Source: Alphaproteobacteria bacterium
Lineage (GTDB): Bacteria > Pseudomonadota > Alphaproteobacteria > Micavibrionales > SZUA-601
Length of the DNA: 64,000 nucleotides
NCBI GenBank assembly: GCA_965216395.1
Contig: OZ244156.1
Location: forward strand, 1,331,153-1,395,152
Reading direction: 5' to 3'
In this document: positions 39,918 to 49,350 of the stretch, piece by piece
Position numbering within the stretch: position 1 is the stretch's first letter
Layout of the letters: each line of letters begins with the position of its first letter
The notes under the pieces: model-generated
Databases searched by the model: none
Told to the model about the DNA's origin: nothing
Seen by the model: the letters and a program-made list of their open reading frames with translations, nothing else
Translations under genes and position numbers: made by a program

Positions 39918-41675
39918 TTATTGGTAAACTGGTGGCGGCACGGGATCGCCGCGCTCACTGGCCCGCGCACGTTGAATTTCTCGCTGATAACATGAGAGCA
40001 AATCTTGGGCATATAGAACACCGACAAGTATTTTTTCATCATCATTATTGATCACAGGCGTAATAAGTTGATTATAGACTTCCTGTTGATTAAGTGCAGT
40101 GCGTAAATGGTCATCTTGTTTCAAGTGAAGAATATCCTTTTCAAGGATATCTTCTATTTTAAAAGAATTTTCCTTGACCAGATTTTCGGTCATATTTTCA
40201 ACATGAATAAGGCCAATGAGTTTTTTATCTTCTTCAACAACCCAAAGATGCCCCAATGGTGCTTTAAGAATTTTTTTTCGAAGATCTCTTTGATCAATAT
40301 CTAAAGAAACAACCGCCGGATTTTTGTTCATCAACTGTTTAACAGAAAGCCCACGCATGAGACCCGTGTAACGCCCTGATTCAAAATCTAAACCACGGTT
40401 TTTGAGTTGCATTTTTAAAAAACTTTTCACTTTCAATTCGGCAAGAACCGTTGAAGCAACGCCTGTTGCCACCATCAAAGCAATGGTCACAGCATAATTA
40501 CCCGTCAATTCGAAAACGATCAAAATCGTGGAAATAGGCGCGCCCATAATCGCACCCGCAACAGCACCCATCCCTAAAACAGCATAAACAGCAGGGTCTG
40601 AAATATTAAAAGCAAAGGCCTGTTGAACCATAGCGCCAAAAAACCCACCTAAAACAGCACCAATAAAAATACTGGGCGAGAAAATTCCACCCGCCATACG
40701 CGAGCCGATCGAAAAACTCGTCGCGAGAATTTTCAGCACAACCAAAGCGCCCAAAAAACCAATCGCCAATTCACCATTCAACGCTTGAGTTGTTGTCAGA
40801 TAACCCACCCCCATAACTTCTGGGACTTTTATACCAATAATACCCACGGCAAAACCACCAATCATCGGTCTGGCCCATACTGGTATTTTGGCCTTTTGAT
40901 GTATTTTTTCCATCGAAAAGATACAATAAATCATGAGCATCGCAATAAAAGCAGCCACCACACCCAATAAAGCAAAAAGCGGTAATTCAAACGGACTCAC
41001 AACATGAAGATTTTCACCAATTGAAAAAGACGCCATATCCCCATAACGCCATCGACTGATCATTGTGGCCGTGACAGCCGCAATTACGACAGGTGTAAAA
41101 GCGCTTAAAGCATAATGTCCAATCACAACTTCTAAAGCAAAAAACACACCAGCAATCGGGGCATTAAAAGCGGCCGCCACTGCGCCTGCGATTCCGCAAC
41201 CAAAAATTGTTCGCGTTAATGTTGCAGGTAAATTAAAAATTTGAGCACACCACGAGGCCAGAGTTGACCCCAAATGAACAATGGGCCCCTCTTTACCAAC
41301 CGACCCACCAGAACCAATTGAAATAGCGCTTGCGAGTGCCGATTTTAAACCAAGACCCAATCTCATTTTACCAGCCCTAACAGCGCTGCCTTCAATGACA
41401 TCAGATAAATTTTGTGGACGTTTTTCTGGAAAAGCATGGTGAATCATTATACCAACGATTAATCCACCTAATGTTGGCATGAATAATATTTGCCACCACT
41501 TTAACTGCCCAAGTTCATGATGTCCCATACGAAAAACATATGTGCATAAATCAATCATGCCTTGAAAAACGACTTCGCCCAAACCCGCAATTATACCAAT
41601 GATAACGGCAAGTATAGCAAGAATAAATTGGTTGTTACGAAGAACTTGCCGAATTTGAGCAGCGAAAAAAAACAT
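39918..41675 (-). CDS. ClC-family chloride channel/H+-Cl- antiporter with C-terminal CBS pair
   Basis: Selectivity-filter blocks GSGGSVGKEGP (GxEGP), GIAGAVAAAFNAPIAG and GGIFSPSIFIGA. The C-terminal 150 aa or so is CBS-like. Confidence 0.88.
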   Translation of the reverse strand: MFFFAAQIRQVLRNNQFILAILAVIIGIIAGLGEVVFQGMIDLCTYVFRMGHHELGQLKWWQILFMPTLGGLIVGIMIHHAFPEKRPQNLSDVIEGSAVRAGKMRLGLGLKSALASAISIGSGGSVGKEGPIVHLGSTLASWCAQIFNLPATLTRTIFGCGIAGAVAAAFNAPIAGVFFALEVVIGHYALSAFTPVVIAAVTATMISRWRYGDMASFSIGENLHVVSPFELPLFALLGVVAAFIAMLMIYCIFSMEKIHQKAKIPVWARPMIGGFAVGIIGIKVPEVMGVGYLTTTQALNGELAIGFLGALVVLKILATSFSIGSRMAGGIFSPSIFIGAVLGGFFGAMVQQAFAFNISDPAVYAVLGMGAVAGAIMGAPISTILIVFELTGNYAVTIALMVATGVASTVLAELKVKSFLKMQLKNRGLDFESGRYTGLMRGLSVKQLMNKNPAVVSLDIDQRDLRKKILKAPLGHLWVVEEDKKLIGLIHVENMTENLVKENSFKIEDILEKDILHLKQDDHLRTALNQQEVYNQLITPVINNDDEKILVGVLYAQDLLSCYQREIQRARASERGDPVPPPVYQ

Positions 41676-41688
41676 CTCTGATTAATTG

Positions 41689-42765
41689 TTATTTTGTTTC
41701 AATGATGATTTCCTCATCTTGTTCGGAATGTAGGTTATTACTATATTCAAGCACAATAACACAATTTTTTCCAGACGCTTTTGCTTTATAAAGTGCCCGA
41801 TCTGACCGTTCGATTAAACTCATCATTGATTCGCCTGGATGCAATTGAGCAACACCAAGAGAAATAGATAAACGCCCTAGTTTCTCACCTTTGGCTTGAT
41901 TAATGATATCTTTTGCGGCAATGCGCTCACGTAAAGTATTGGCAACTTTCTCGGCATTATTTAACGATGTATTGGGCAAAACAATAATGAACTCTTCACC
42001 GCCATAACGCGCGGCCATATCTTGACCCTTGATACCTTCCGTAAGAGAACGGGCAACCAATTTTAAAACTTGATCACCCACCTGATGACCAAATGTATCA
42101 TTAAATATTTTAAAGTTATCAATATCGACCATAACAACACAAAGCGATTTACCTGTATCCAAAGCTTCGGAGGCTTTTAATTTCAACTCAGCTTCAAAGC
42201 ATTTTCGATTGGCCAAACCTGTTAATGCATCCGTCATAGCCTCTTGCTTTAGGCTTTCCATGTTTTGGTGCATTTCTTCCATTTCGATAGATGTTTCGTT
42301 TAAACGTGTTTCTAAACGTTGATTTTGTTCGATCATAGACTGTGTGTCTTGAATAAGCGCTTGTACGATTTCAGCCACCACTGTAACATCGCCCTCTTTA
42401 CTAATTTTGCCTGATTTTTCAATTAATTTTTTATTATATTTATTTTGCGAAACACCAGAAAGACTAAGTAGTTGAGTAAGTTCATCAAGCGCCACTTGAA
42501 TTTTCTCACTTGTTTCTTCAAGAATTTGTTGTTCATGTTTATTGGTTAAATATTTATCATGCAGAAATTTGCATTCTGACATTGTGATTTTATCCGCTTG
42601 GTGCAATTTATCTAATTGAGAACAAATTTCGGGGTGTAAACCACTATAATAAGCGTACCAGAGAGAGAAAACTTCCGGCGTTGGTGACAGTTTTTCTTGT
42701 GCAATTCTCTCCATCACCTCATTGGCAACACTTGTCGATTTATCTATATTTTCTGTGTATTGCAC
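41689..42765 (-). CDS. diguanylate cyclase (GGDEF domain, intact GGEEF site)
   Basis: DALTGLANRKCFE, VMVDIDNFKIFNDTFGHQVGDQVL, RYGGEEFIIVLP and ADRALYKAKASGKNCV. The N-terminal region is coiled-coil/helical. Confidence 0.85.
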   Translation of the reverse strand: MQYTENIDKSTSVANEVMERIAQEKLSPTPEVFSLWYAYYSGLHPEICSQLDKLHQADKITMSECKFLHDKYLTNKHEQQILEETSEKIQVALDELTQLLSLSGVSQNKYNKKLIEKSGKISKEGDVTVVAEIVQALIQDTQSMIEQNQRLETRLNETSIEMEEMHQNMESLKQEAMTDALTGLANRKCFEAELKLKASEALDTGKSLCVVMVDIDNFKIFNDTFGHQVGDQVLKLVARSLTEGIKGQDMAARYGGEEFIIVLPNTSLNNAEKVANTLRERIAAKDIINQAKGEKLGRLSISLGVAQLHPGESMMSLIERSDRALYKAKASGKNCVIVLEYSNNLHSEQDEEIIIETK

Positions 42766-43017
42766 AGCTTAATCTCGCTTTCCAAAAAATTAATTTTTTA
42801 TTATTTTGAATATAGTACTAAGATATGAACAAAATTGTAAATGAAATATGCTTAATATACGGTTTACACGCGTTAAACATATTGTCAAAAACAAGCTTTA
42901 AAATTTATTTTGATTTTTTATATTGCAAAAATACAATAATCGGCAAAAAAATCATAAAAGCTCTGGTTTCTGGAGAGAAATTAAGATAAAAAAGAATCCG
43001 ATTTAAGGAGAGGGTAT

Positions 43018-43848
43018 ATGAGGCTCAAAAACATATTAATAGTATTGGTTACAGTTACGGCATTATTTAGCCTTACAGCATGTAGCCAAGTCCAGCATTC
43101 AGGCGCCAAAGACTCACTCTCTGGTTCAACAGCACAATTTCAAGACTCAAATTACCATTCTTCCGTTAATACATATGATCCGCTTGAAGGCTTTAATCGT
43201 GCAGTTTTCCAATTCAATCGTTATGCAGATATGTTGGTAATTAAACCAATTACCCAAACCTATGTTCGGTTTTTACCTGAAGCCTTTCGTGTAGGCATTC
43301 ATAACTTTTTAGCCAACTTAAACACACCCGTTATTTTGGCCAATGAACTGCTTCAACTTGATTGGCATGGTGCGAATATTGTTGCCCAACGTTTTCTTAT
43401 TAATACGACTGTTGGTATGGGCGGGCTTTTTGATGCAGCGGAATATCATGGCATTTCTCGTCCATCACGTGAAGACTTTGGCCAAACACTTGGCAAATGG
43501 GGCGTGGGCAAAGGCCCTTATTTGGTTTTACCCCTGATGGGACCTTCTAATTTACGTGACGCAACAGGTCTTGTTGTTGATATGTTCTTGGATCCATTGA
43601 ACTGGTGGGCATGGGATCAAGATGAAAAAGAACTGCTTTATGCAAGAGCTGCTTTGCGTGTGATTGACGCCCGCGCTGGCTTGTTAGGCCCCTATGATGA
43701 CCTCTTAGAGCAATCGATCGACCCCTATACTACAGTTAAAAGTGCTTATATTCAAAACCGCGCCCAAGCTGTCCGTGATCAAAATAGTACACATACCATT
43801 CATAAAGATACCTATGATGGATATGACCTTTATATGCAGGAGTATTAA
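43018..43848 (+). CDS. mlaA: MlaA/VacJ-family outer-membrane lipoprotein
   Basis: Lipobox LTAC, then YDPLEGFNRAVFQFN and FGQTLGKWGVGKGPYLVLPLMGPSNLRD. Confidence 0.8.
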   Translation: MRLKNILIVLVTVTALFSLTACSQVQHSGAKDSLSGSTAQFQDSNYHSSVNTYDPLEGFNRAVFQFNRYADMLVIKPITQTYVRFLPEAFRVGIHNFLANLNTPVILANELLQLDWHGANIVAQRFLINTTVGMGGLFDAAEYHGISRPSREDFGQTLGKWGVGKGPYLVLPLMGPSNLRDATGLVVDMFLDPLNWWAWDQDEKELLYARAALRVIDARAGLLGPYDDLLEQSIDPYTTVKSAYIQNRAQAVRDQNSTHTIHKDTYDGYDLYMQEY

Positions 43849-43853
43849 AAATA

Positions 43854-44453
43854 ATGAAATTTTTGACCGCCCTATTTATGACTGTTTTTCTTGCATTTAC
43901 ATCCATGGCACACGCGGATGACAATAAACAAGTCGAAGAAGCCAAAGCTTATGTTGAAAATGTGGCTCAACAAGCCTTAGATATTATTAATGATCCTAAT
44001 ATTGATACGGAAAAAGCACGCGTCAAATTCCAAAAAATAATGAATCAATCATTTGATATCAAAACAATCGCACGTTTTACGTTAGGTCGTTATTGGCGTG
44101 TCGCTACAGCTGAGCAGAAAAAGGAATATACATCCCTCATTAAAGACGTCATTCTTAACAAATATGCTGATCGTTTATTGGATTACTCAGGGGATTCTTT
44201 TGAAATTACAGGCGGACGGTCGATTAACAAAACCGATAGTGTTGTTACGATGAAAGTTAAGCCAAAAGGCCAATCAGAGGCTATTTTTGCATGGCGTGTC
44301 CGTCATGAAAATAATCGTTCCAAAATTATTGACTTAGCCGTGGAAGGGGTGAGTATGTCCGTGACTCATCGCAGTGATTTTAGCGCCGTAATCCAAAGAA
44401 ACGGTGGCAATGTTCAAGCATTAATTGATGCTTTGAAAGATAAAAAGATCTAA
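43854..44453 (+). CDS. mlaC: MlaC/Ttg2D-family periplasmic phospholipid-binding protein
   Basis: Signal peptide, then FDIKTIARFTLGRYWRVATAEQKKEY and Y(A)DRLLDYSG blocks typical of the toluene-tolerance Ttg2D family. Adjacent to mlaA. Confidence 0.7.
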   Translation: MKFLTALFMTVFLAFTSMAHADDNKQVEEAKAYVENVAQQALDIINDPNIDTEKARVKFQKIMNQSFDIKTIARFTLGRYWRVATAEQKKEYTSLIKDVILNKYADRLLDYSGDSFEITGGRSINKTDSVVTMKVKPKGQSEAIFAWRVRHENNRSKIIDLAVEGVSMSVTHRSDFSAVIQRNGGNVQALIDALKDKKI

Positions 44454-44463
44454 ATATCGCTTG

Positions 44464-44490
44464 TTATTTATCAAAGGATTTGATAAATAA
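44464..44490 (+). terminator. AT-rich perfect 12-bp hairpin after mlaC (possible terminator)
   Basis: ttatttatcaaa-gga-tttgataaataa. Followed 9 nt later by ctttttac. The all-A/T stem makes termination efficiency uncertain. Confidence 0.35.
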
Positions 44491-44504
44491 TCTAAGCTTT
44501 TTAC

Positions 44505-44579
44505 GGGTGTATAGCTCAGCGGGAGAGCGCTTCGTTGACATCGAAGAGGTCACTGGTTCAATCCCAGTTACACCCACCA
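44505..44579 (+). tRNA. tRNA-Val (anticodon GAC)
   Basis: Cloverleaf folded by hand. Acceptor gggtgta/tacaccc, anticodon stem cttcg/cgaag with loop ttGACat, T arm actgg-ttcaatc-ccagt, encoded CCA. Confidence 0.92.
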
Positions 44580-44602
44580 TTTTTATTTATACCAAATATA
44601 AA

Positions 44603-44631
44603 TTGACATAATATTTAGATTTATATACAAT
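44603..44631 (+). promoter_or_regulatory. near-consensus sigma70 promoter (TTGACA-N17-TACAAT) ending 7 nt before the ATG at 44639
   Basis: Exact -35, 17-nt spacer and a good -10. No SD sequence between the -10 and the ATG, so the transcript could be leaderless. Confidence 0.4.
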
Positions 44632-44638
44632 ATTAGCC

Positions 44639-45130
44639 ATGTCAAAAGCAATTATTCTTAATGGTACATCCAGTAGTGGTAAAACCAGTCTGGCGAAGGC
44701 TTTGCAAAAAGAGCTTGATGGTCCTTATCTTCATTGTCAGATGGATTCATTTTTGAACATGATATATGTTGAACGTTTTCCCAATGAGAAACTTTCCGGT
44801 GTAATTGAAGCTTTTATGGAGTCATCAAAATGCTTACTGGATAAAGGATATGATGTTATTATTGATACGGTCTTTCAGCCTGAAAACATGAAAATTTTTC
44901 TAGATTTTTTAAAAGACCATTCTGTTACGACTGTCGCGGTTAAAGCTTCTTTACCGATCTTGCAGCAAAGAGAGAAAGCCAGAGGGGATAGAGAAATTGG
45001 TCAAGCAGAATCACAGTTTCGGAGTAATATCTATAGTTTTAATCATAAAATCGAAATTGACACGACAAACCAAAACCTTGCAGAGGCTTCACGTATATTG
45101 AAAAGTAAGCTAACCTGGCATCTACAATAA
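44639..45130 (+). CDS. P-loop kinase of the chloramphenicol-phosphotransferase-like (CPT) family
   Basis: Walker A ILNGTSSSGKTSLAKAL near the N-terminus and a size of 163 aa. Resembles the CPT/AAA_33 small kinase architecture. Substrate unknown. Confidence 0.55.
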   Translation: MSKAIILNGTSSSGKTSLAKALQKELDGPYLHCQMDSFLNMIYVERFPNEKLSGVIEAFMESSKCLLDKGYDVIIDTVFQPENMKIFLDFLKDHSVTTVAVKASLPILQQREKARGDREIGQAESQFRSNIYSFNHKIEIDTTNQNLAEASRILKSKLTWHLQ

Positions 45131-45147
45131 TAAAGGAGAAACAGCTT

Positions 45148-46083
45148 ATTATTATTGGTGGACATCGCGGATTTGGTTGTACAGACCACGCATTTTATCA
45201 ACACAGACCCATTGATAAAATGCCCGTTGAAAACACATTGGAGAGCATTGAAAAAGCATTTGAATCTGGGGCTGCTTATGTTGAAATTGATGCGGTTTCA
45301 TCTAAGGATGGATCTATTTTTATTCTACACAATGTTGTGCCAAGGGATCATTTTTTTGGAGAAGAAAAGCCAAAAGATTTGCTCAATAAGATGAATTTCT
45401 CTGACATTCAATCTTTTAAAACAGGTCGGTATCAAAAAGGTGACCTTGTTCAATTGGAAACTGTGCTCAATCGAATTACCGAAATCAGTCCCAAAACCTG
45501 TGATTGGGATGTCAATATTGAAATCAAGGGTGTTCAGGGGTCGGGCCAAGATTTTGAAATAAATTCATTTATTGAAACAATCGCTGAAGTTGTTAAAAAA
45601 TCAAATTTATCGCCAAAACGGGTCTTATTTTCGTCTTTCGCGATGGAAAATATTATCCGTATGTCCCATTTTTTGCCAGAAGCGCATTACGGTATGTTAT
45701 TTAGTGAAGATGGACTGGATAACCAAAAAATCACTCATCCTATTTATCAAAACCATCAAGAAGATATCGAATATAACTATATTCCATTTGATATACATCA
45801 TGTCGATATTGTTAAGAAAACTTGGTCTGATCAGACACATACACAGGCACAATTAAATTATCTTCACCCCGAAATTACTTCCATCACAGAAGAAATGATT
45901 GTGCACGCCGCGCGCCATGATTTTGGTATTAATTCTTGGGGTCTCTTTGAAAAACTGGATGATCAAAGAAAAGCATATTATCAAAATATCGCCAAATTAT
46001 GTCGTGAAAATAATGTGTTTTTTTCCGCCATCACCGATTATGTGCCAGAAATGGTTGAATTCTCACAAAAATTAAAATCATAA
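45148..46083 (+). CDS. glycerophosphodiester phosphodiesterase-family (GDPD) protein; start codon non-canonical or uncertain
   Basis: GDPD blocks IIGGHRGFG...ENTLESIEKAFESGAAYVEIDAVSSKDGSIFILHN. The HRG block (45163-45171) lies upstream of the first ATG (45220) in the same frame. That frame opens after the TAA at 45106-45108 and contains no ATG, GTG or TTG before HRG. AAAGGAG at 45132-45138 precedes ATT codons at 45148-45156. Confidence 0.65.
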   Translation: MIIGGHRGFGCTDHAFYQHRPIDKMPVENTLESIEKAFESGAAYVEIDAVSSKDGSIFILHNVVPRDHFFGEEKPKDLLNKMNFSDIQSFKTGRYQKGDLVQLETVLNRITEISPKTCDWDVNIEIKGVQGSGQDFEINSFIETIAEVVKKSNLSPKRVLFSSFAMENIIRMSHFLPEAHYGMLFSEDGLDNQKITHPIYQNHQEDIEYNYIPFDIHHVDIVKKTWSDQTHTQAQLNYLHPEITSITEEMIVHAARHDFGINSWGLFEKLDDQRKAYYQNIAKLCRENNVFFSAITDYVPEMVEFSQKLKS

Positions 46084-46090
46084 AATTGTT

Positions 46091-46861
46091 TTATTTGTAA
46101 TATTCTTTAATCCATGGCGATGGTTTGACCGTTTTATACCATCTTTTCCGCAAGGGAAATGTGCCTGGCCACCGGCCAATAATCGCATCGGGGGGATTAA
46201 CATGCCCATGAAAAAGTAAAATCTTTGTTGCTGGGTTTGGTTTTTTTGGCACCTTAAAAAGCCGCAAAACACGCGGTGGTAAGCAATGATACTGAAAACT
46301 TTGACACCAATCATCAGGCCAAAAATTAAGCTTACCATATTTTTCAATTACTTTTGACGACATAAATTCTTGACTAGCGGTACGAAAACGATCTTGGATG
46401 GCCAAAAAATTTTCTTCCATATCATCAACAATATATTGCAACGGGCCTTTACGCATCATTGTAACAGATGAATTACCAATCGTGCCATGGCCGCGCGTCC
46501 AATTATAACATATGATGAAATCCTCATCAGGCAAATAATCAAACATGTCATCCAGCGGATTCATAACAACAATATCCAAATCCAGATAAAGAAAACGTTC
46601 ACCTTCTTTAAAAGGCGCTAAATCCGCACGGCAAAGCGTTTTCTTACGATAGGCGCCCATTTTTTGTAAAGGTGCGCTTTTAAAGGGGGGGAGGTCAAAA
46701 ACCTCAACCTCATCTCTAATTCCATCCTTATGTTCGGTAAAACAAACAAACCGAAACGGGCGCGACATATTGCGTGCCACCATTGAATAAAGACGATTCA
46801 CGTAATCTGGACCATAGATTGTGCCCCATTTCATACAAACAATATTCGCCATTTCTGTCAT
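46091..46861 (-). CDS. conserved hypothetical, putative GT-A-like glycosyltransferase
   Basis: N-terminal CMKWGTIYGPDYVNRLYSMVARNMSRPFRFVCFTE and a DxD-like YLDLDIVV. The assignment is tentative. Confidence 0.4.
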   Translation of the reverse strand: MTEMANIVCMKWGTIYGPDYVNRLYSMVARNMSRPFRFVCFTEHKDGIRDEVEVFDLPPFKSAPLQKMGAYRKKTLCRADLAPFKEGERFLYLDLDIVVMNPLDDMFDYLPDEDFIICYNWTRGHGTIGNSSVTMMRKGPLQYIVDDMEENFLAIQDRFRTASQEFMSSKVIEKYGKLNFWPDDWCQSFQYHCLPPRVLRLFKVPKKPNPATKILLFHGHVNPPDAIIGRWPGTFPLRKRWYKTVKPSPWIKEYYK

Positions 46862-47020
46862 AAACGCATTTCCTTTTTACTGATGCACGTTATTCTATAA
46901 AATTTTTATATGCAATTCCAGAAATATCAAAAATATGATCGTGACAATATTACGAAACTAAGACCGCTTTTTTATCGATGTCCTCTTGCTCCTCTATCCT
47001 GATCAGGGTAAAACTATCCT

Positions 47021-47680
47021 ATGGTAAAAAAAATTAATATCGCACCGTCTCTTCTTGCTGCTGATTATTCTCAGCTAGGGGAAGAAGTCCGCGCCGTTGA
47101 TCGTGCTGGTGCGGATTTATTACATTTAGATATTATGGATGGGCATTTTGTCCCCAATATCAGTTTTGGACCCGATATTGTTAAGGCGTTACGTCCGCTT
47201 ACTGCGCTTTATTTTGATGTGCATCTTATGTTGTCAAACCCACTTCAATATATTGATATCTTTCATAAAGTTGGCGCAAATGGTCTTAGTATACATATCG
47301 AAGCGGTTCAAGATTTACAAAAAGCCTTGCTCGCTATTCGTGATTTAAAACGAGATGCAGGTGTCGCGATTAATCCGCAAACACATATTGAAACAATCCC
47401 GCAAAAATGTTGGCCATTGATAAATCGGTTAGTTATTATGACGGTTGAACCTGGTTTTGGCGGTCAAAAATTTATGGATATGCATGATAAAATTACCTAT
47501 GCAAAAAATATAAAAGAACAGAATAATTTAAAGTTTGACATTCAAATTGATGGTGGTATCACACCATCAACAGCACAAAAAGCAATCGCTTCAGGAGCGA
47601 ATACTTTGGTTGCGGGAAGTGCAATTTTCAAAAGCGGTGATTACCAAAAAACCATCGCATTATTAAAAGGGAAAGCATAA
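47021..47680 (+). CDS. rpe: ribulose-phosphate 3-epimerase
   Basis: IAPSLLAADYSQLGEEV, LHLDIMDGHFVPN, MTVEPGFGGQKF and DGGI blocks. Confidence 0.95.
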   Translation: MVKKINIAPSLLAADYSQLGEEVRAVDRAGADLLHLDIMDGHFVPNISFGPDIVKALRPLTALYFDVHLMLSNPLQYIDIFHKVGANGLSIHIEAVQDLQKALLAIRDLKRDAGVAINPQTHIETIPQKCWPLINRLVIMTVEPGFGGQKFMDMHDKITYAKNIKEQNNLKFDIQIDGGITPSTAQKAIASGANTLVAGSAIFKSGDYQKTIALLKGKA

Positions 47681-49338
47681 TGGCCCTTTTGAAAAAGAAG
47701 CGACAAAAACCACAGTCACAAAAGCCAAAACTTTGGCAAAAGCTTATGTATCGTAATCATTTATATCAACAATTTTTACGCAGTTCTGTACCCAATAGCT
47801 TTGCCGTCATACCACCCGATGCGTGGCCAGGCAATCCATCTTACGCACGCAAAATACTAACAGATAACCGCCTACCCTATGTAGGTTTTAATCACACCAG
47901 TGATCCCAAAACATGGGGTGATGCAATCAACCCACCGATTGATTGGTTAGACTGGGCACACGGATTTGGATGGTTACGCGATTTACGTGCCATAGGTGGC
48001 GATCGGGCGCGCCGTAAAGCGCGTATAATGATTACCCAATGGTTAGATGAATATAATCATTGGGATGAACAAGCGTGGCAACCGACGCGGATTGGTTCTC
48101 GTCTTGCGCATTGGATTGGCCAACATAATTTTTTTATTGCCAGTGCCGATGAAGAATTTAAAAAACGTTTGTTTGACTCAATCATTCGTCAATCAAAACA
48201 TCTCAGTCGTGTTCTAACGAATGCGTATAGAGGCTCAGAAATGATTACGGCGCTTAAAGGCTTGATTTACGCTTATATTGCCTTTCCCACAGGTGAAGGA
48301 CGCCTTATCAATAGTTTAAAACAGTTGGAAACCGTTATTGCCAAACAAATTTTGCCTGATGGTGGCCATATAGAACGAAACCCGACGGCCCATATTCAAG
48401 TTATTCAAGATTTGATTGATATTCGCAATGCGCTCACCACAGCTCAACATGATGTACCCGAAATTGTCACACGCGCCATTAGTATGATGACGCCTTTGAT
48501 TAATTTTTATCGTCACGGTGATGGCAAACTTGCATTATTCAATGGTGGATATGAAGGCAACCCGCTGATCATTGATACGATTTTAAATCATGTTCCCAAT
48601 GTCCGGACATTAAAAACTGCGCCGCAATCATCATATGAACGCCTACAAAAAGGGCGCACAGTCATCTTATTTGATTGCGGCCATATTCCACCAAAAGGTT
48701 TTCGACAAAATTATCACGCGTCACCGCTTGCTTTTGAATTATCGCATGGGAAAGAACGGATTATTGTCAATTGTGGCCATGCTGGGAAATTATCGGGTGA
48801 CAAAACGATTAGTTGGGCTTTGCGCACATCGGCAGCGCATTCTACCGTGACAATTTCTGATTCAAGCGCTGTTGATATCAAACCCTCAGGTGTCATTAAT
48901 CGGCGCCTTAAAAAAACCGATATTGTTAGAAATAGTGACGATAATGGCGTGCTTGTTTGCGCCAGCCATGATGGATATACGCATAATTTTGGTATTACGC
49001 ACCAACGGCAAATTTACATGAGCGATAATGGCGAAGATATCCGTGGCGAAGACACGTTAACGGGCGAAGCAGAACACGAATGTGCTATTCGTTTTCACCT
49101 TCATCCGGATATAAAATGTTTACCCACAGGGCAAGGCAAAGCGGCTTTATTGCAAACAAAATCTGGCATTGGGTGGCGTTTCAAATTCAACCAAGGAACT
49201 ATGGCGATCGAAGAAAGTTTATACGTGCCTACGCCATTTGAACCGCCTAGAAAGATTCAACAAATTGTTATTTATCATCCAACACTGGCCGAACAAGACA
49301 CAACGATAAAATGGATATTAAAACGTGACCGAAAATAA
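47680..49338 (+). CDS. heparinase II/III-family protein (alphaproteobacterial conserved, function unknown)
   Basis: 552 aa. The ATG overlaps the rpe stop (ATAATG). Blocks such as HGFGWLRDL, ILPDGGHIERNP, HGDGKLALFNG and SAAHSTV match the family usually annotated heparinase II/III-like downstream of rpe in Alphaproteobacteria. Confidence 0.72.
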   Translation: MALLKKKRQKPQSQKPKLWQKLMYRNHLYQQFLRSSVPNSFAVIPPDAWPGNPSYARKILTDNRLPYVGFNHTSDPKTWGDAINPPIDWLDWAHGFGWLRDLRAIGGDRARRKARIMITQWLDEYNHWDEQAWQPTRIGSRLAHWIGQHNFFIASADEEFKKRLFDSIIRQSKHLSRVLTNAYRGSEMITALKGLIYAYIAFPTGEGRLINSLKQLETVIAKQILPDGGHIERNPTAHIQVIQDLIDIRNALTTAQHDVPEIVTRAISMMTPLINFYRHGDGKLALFNGGYEGNPLIIDTILNHVPNVRTLKTAPQSSYERLQKGRTVILFDCGHIPPKGFRQNYHASPLAFELSHGKERIIVNCGHAGKLSGDKTISWALRTSAAHSTVTISDSSAVDIKPSGVINRRLKKTDIVRNSDDNGVLVCASHDGYTHNFGITHQRQIYMSDNGEDIRGEDTLTGEAEHECAIRFHLHPDIKCLPTGQGKAALLQTKSGIGWRFKFNQGTMAIEESLYVPTPFEPPRKIQQIVIYHPTLAEQDTTIKWILKRDRK

Positions 49339-49350
49339 AGGATCAAATTC

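Noticed and set aside
44505-46861. Genomic island integrated at tRNA-Val (and similarly at tRNA-Lys, 56600-58062)
   Set aside because: There is no integrase or recombinase, no transposase, and no recognisable direct repeat of the tRNA 3' end at the distal boundary. It is reported only as an accessory-looking module.
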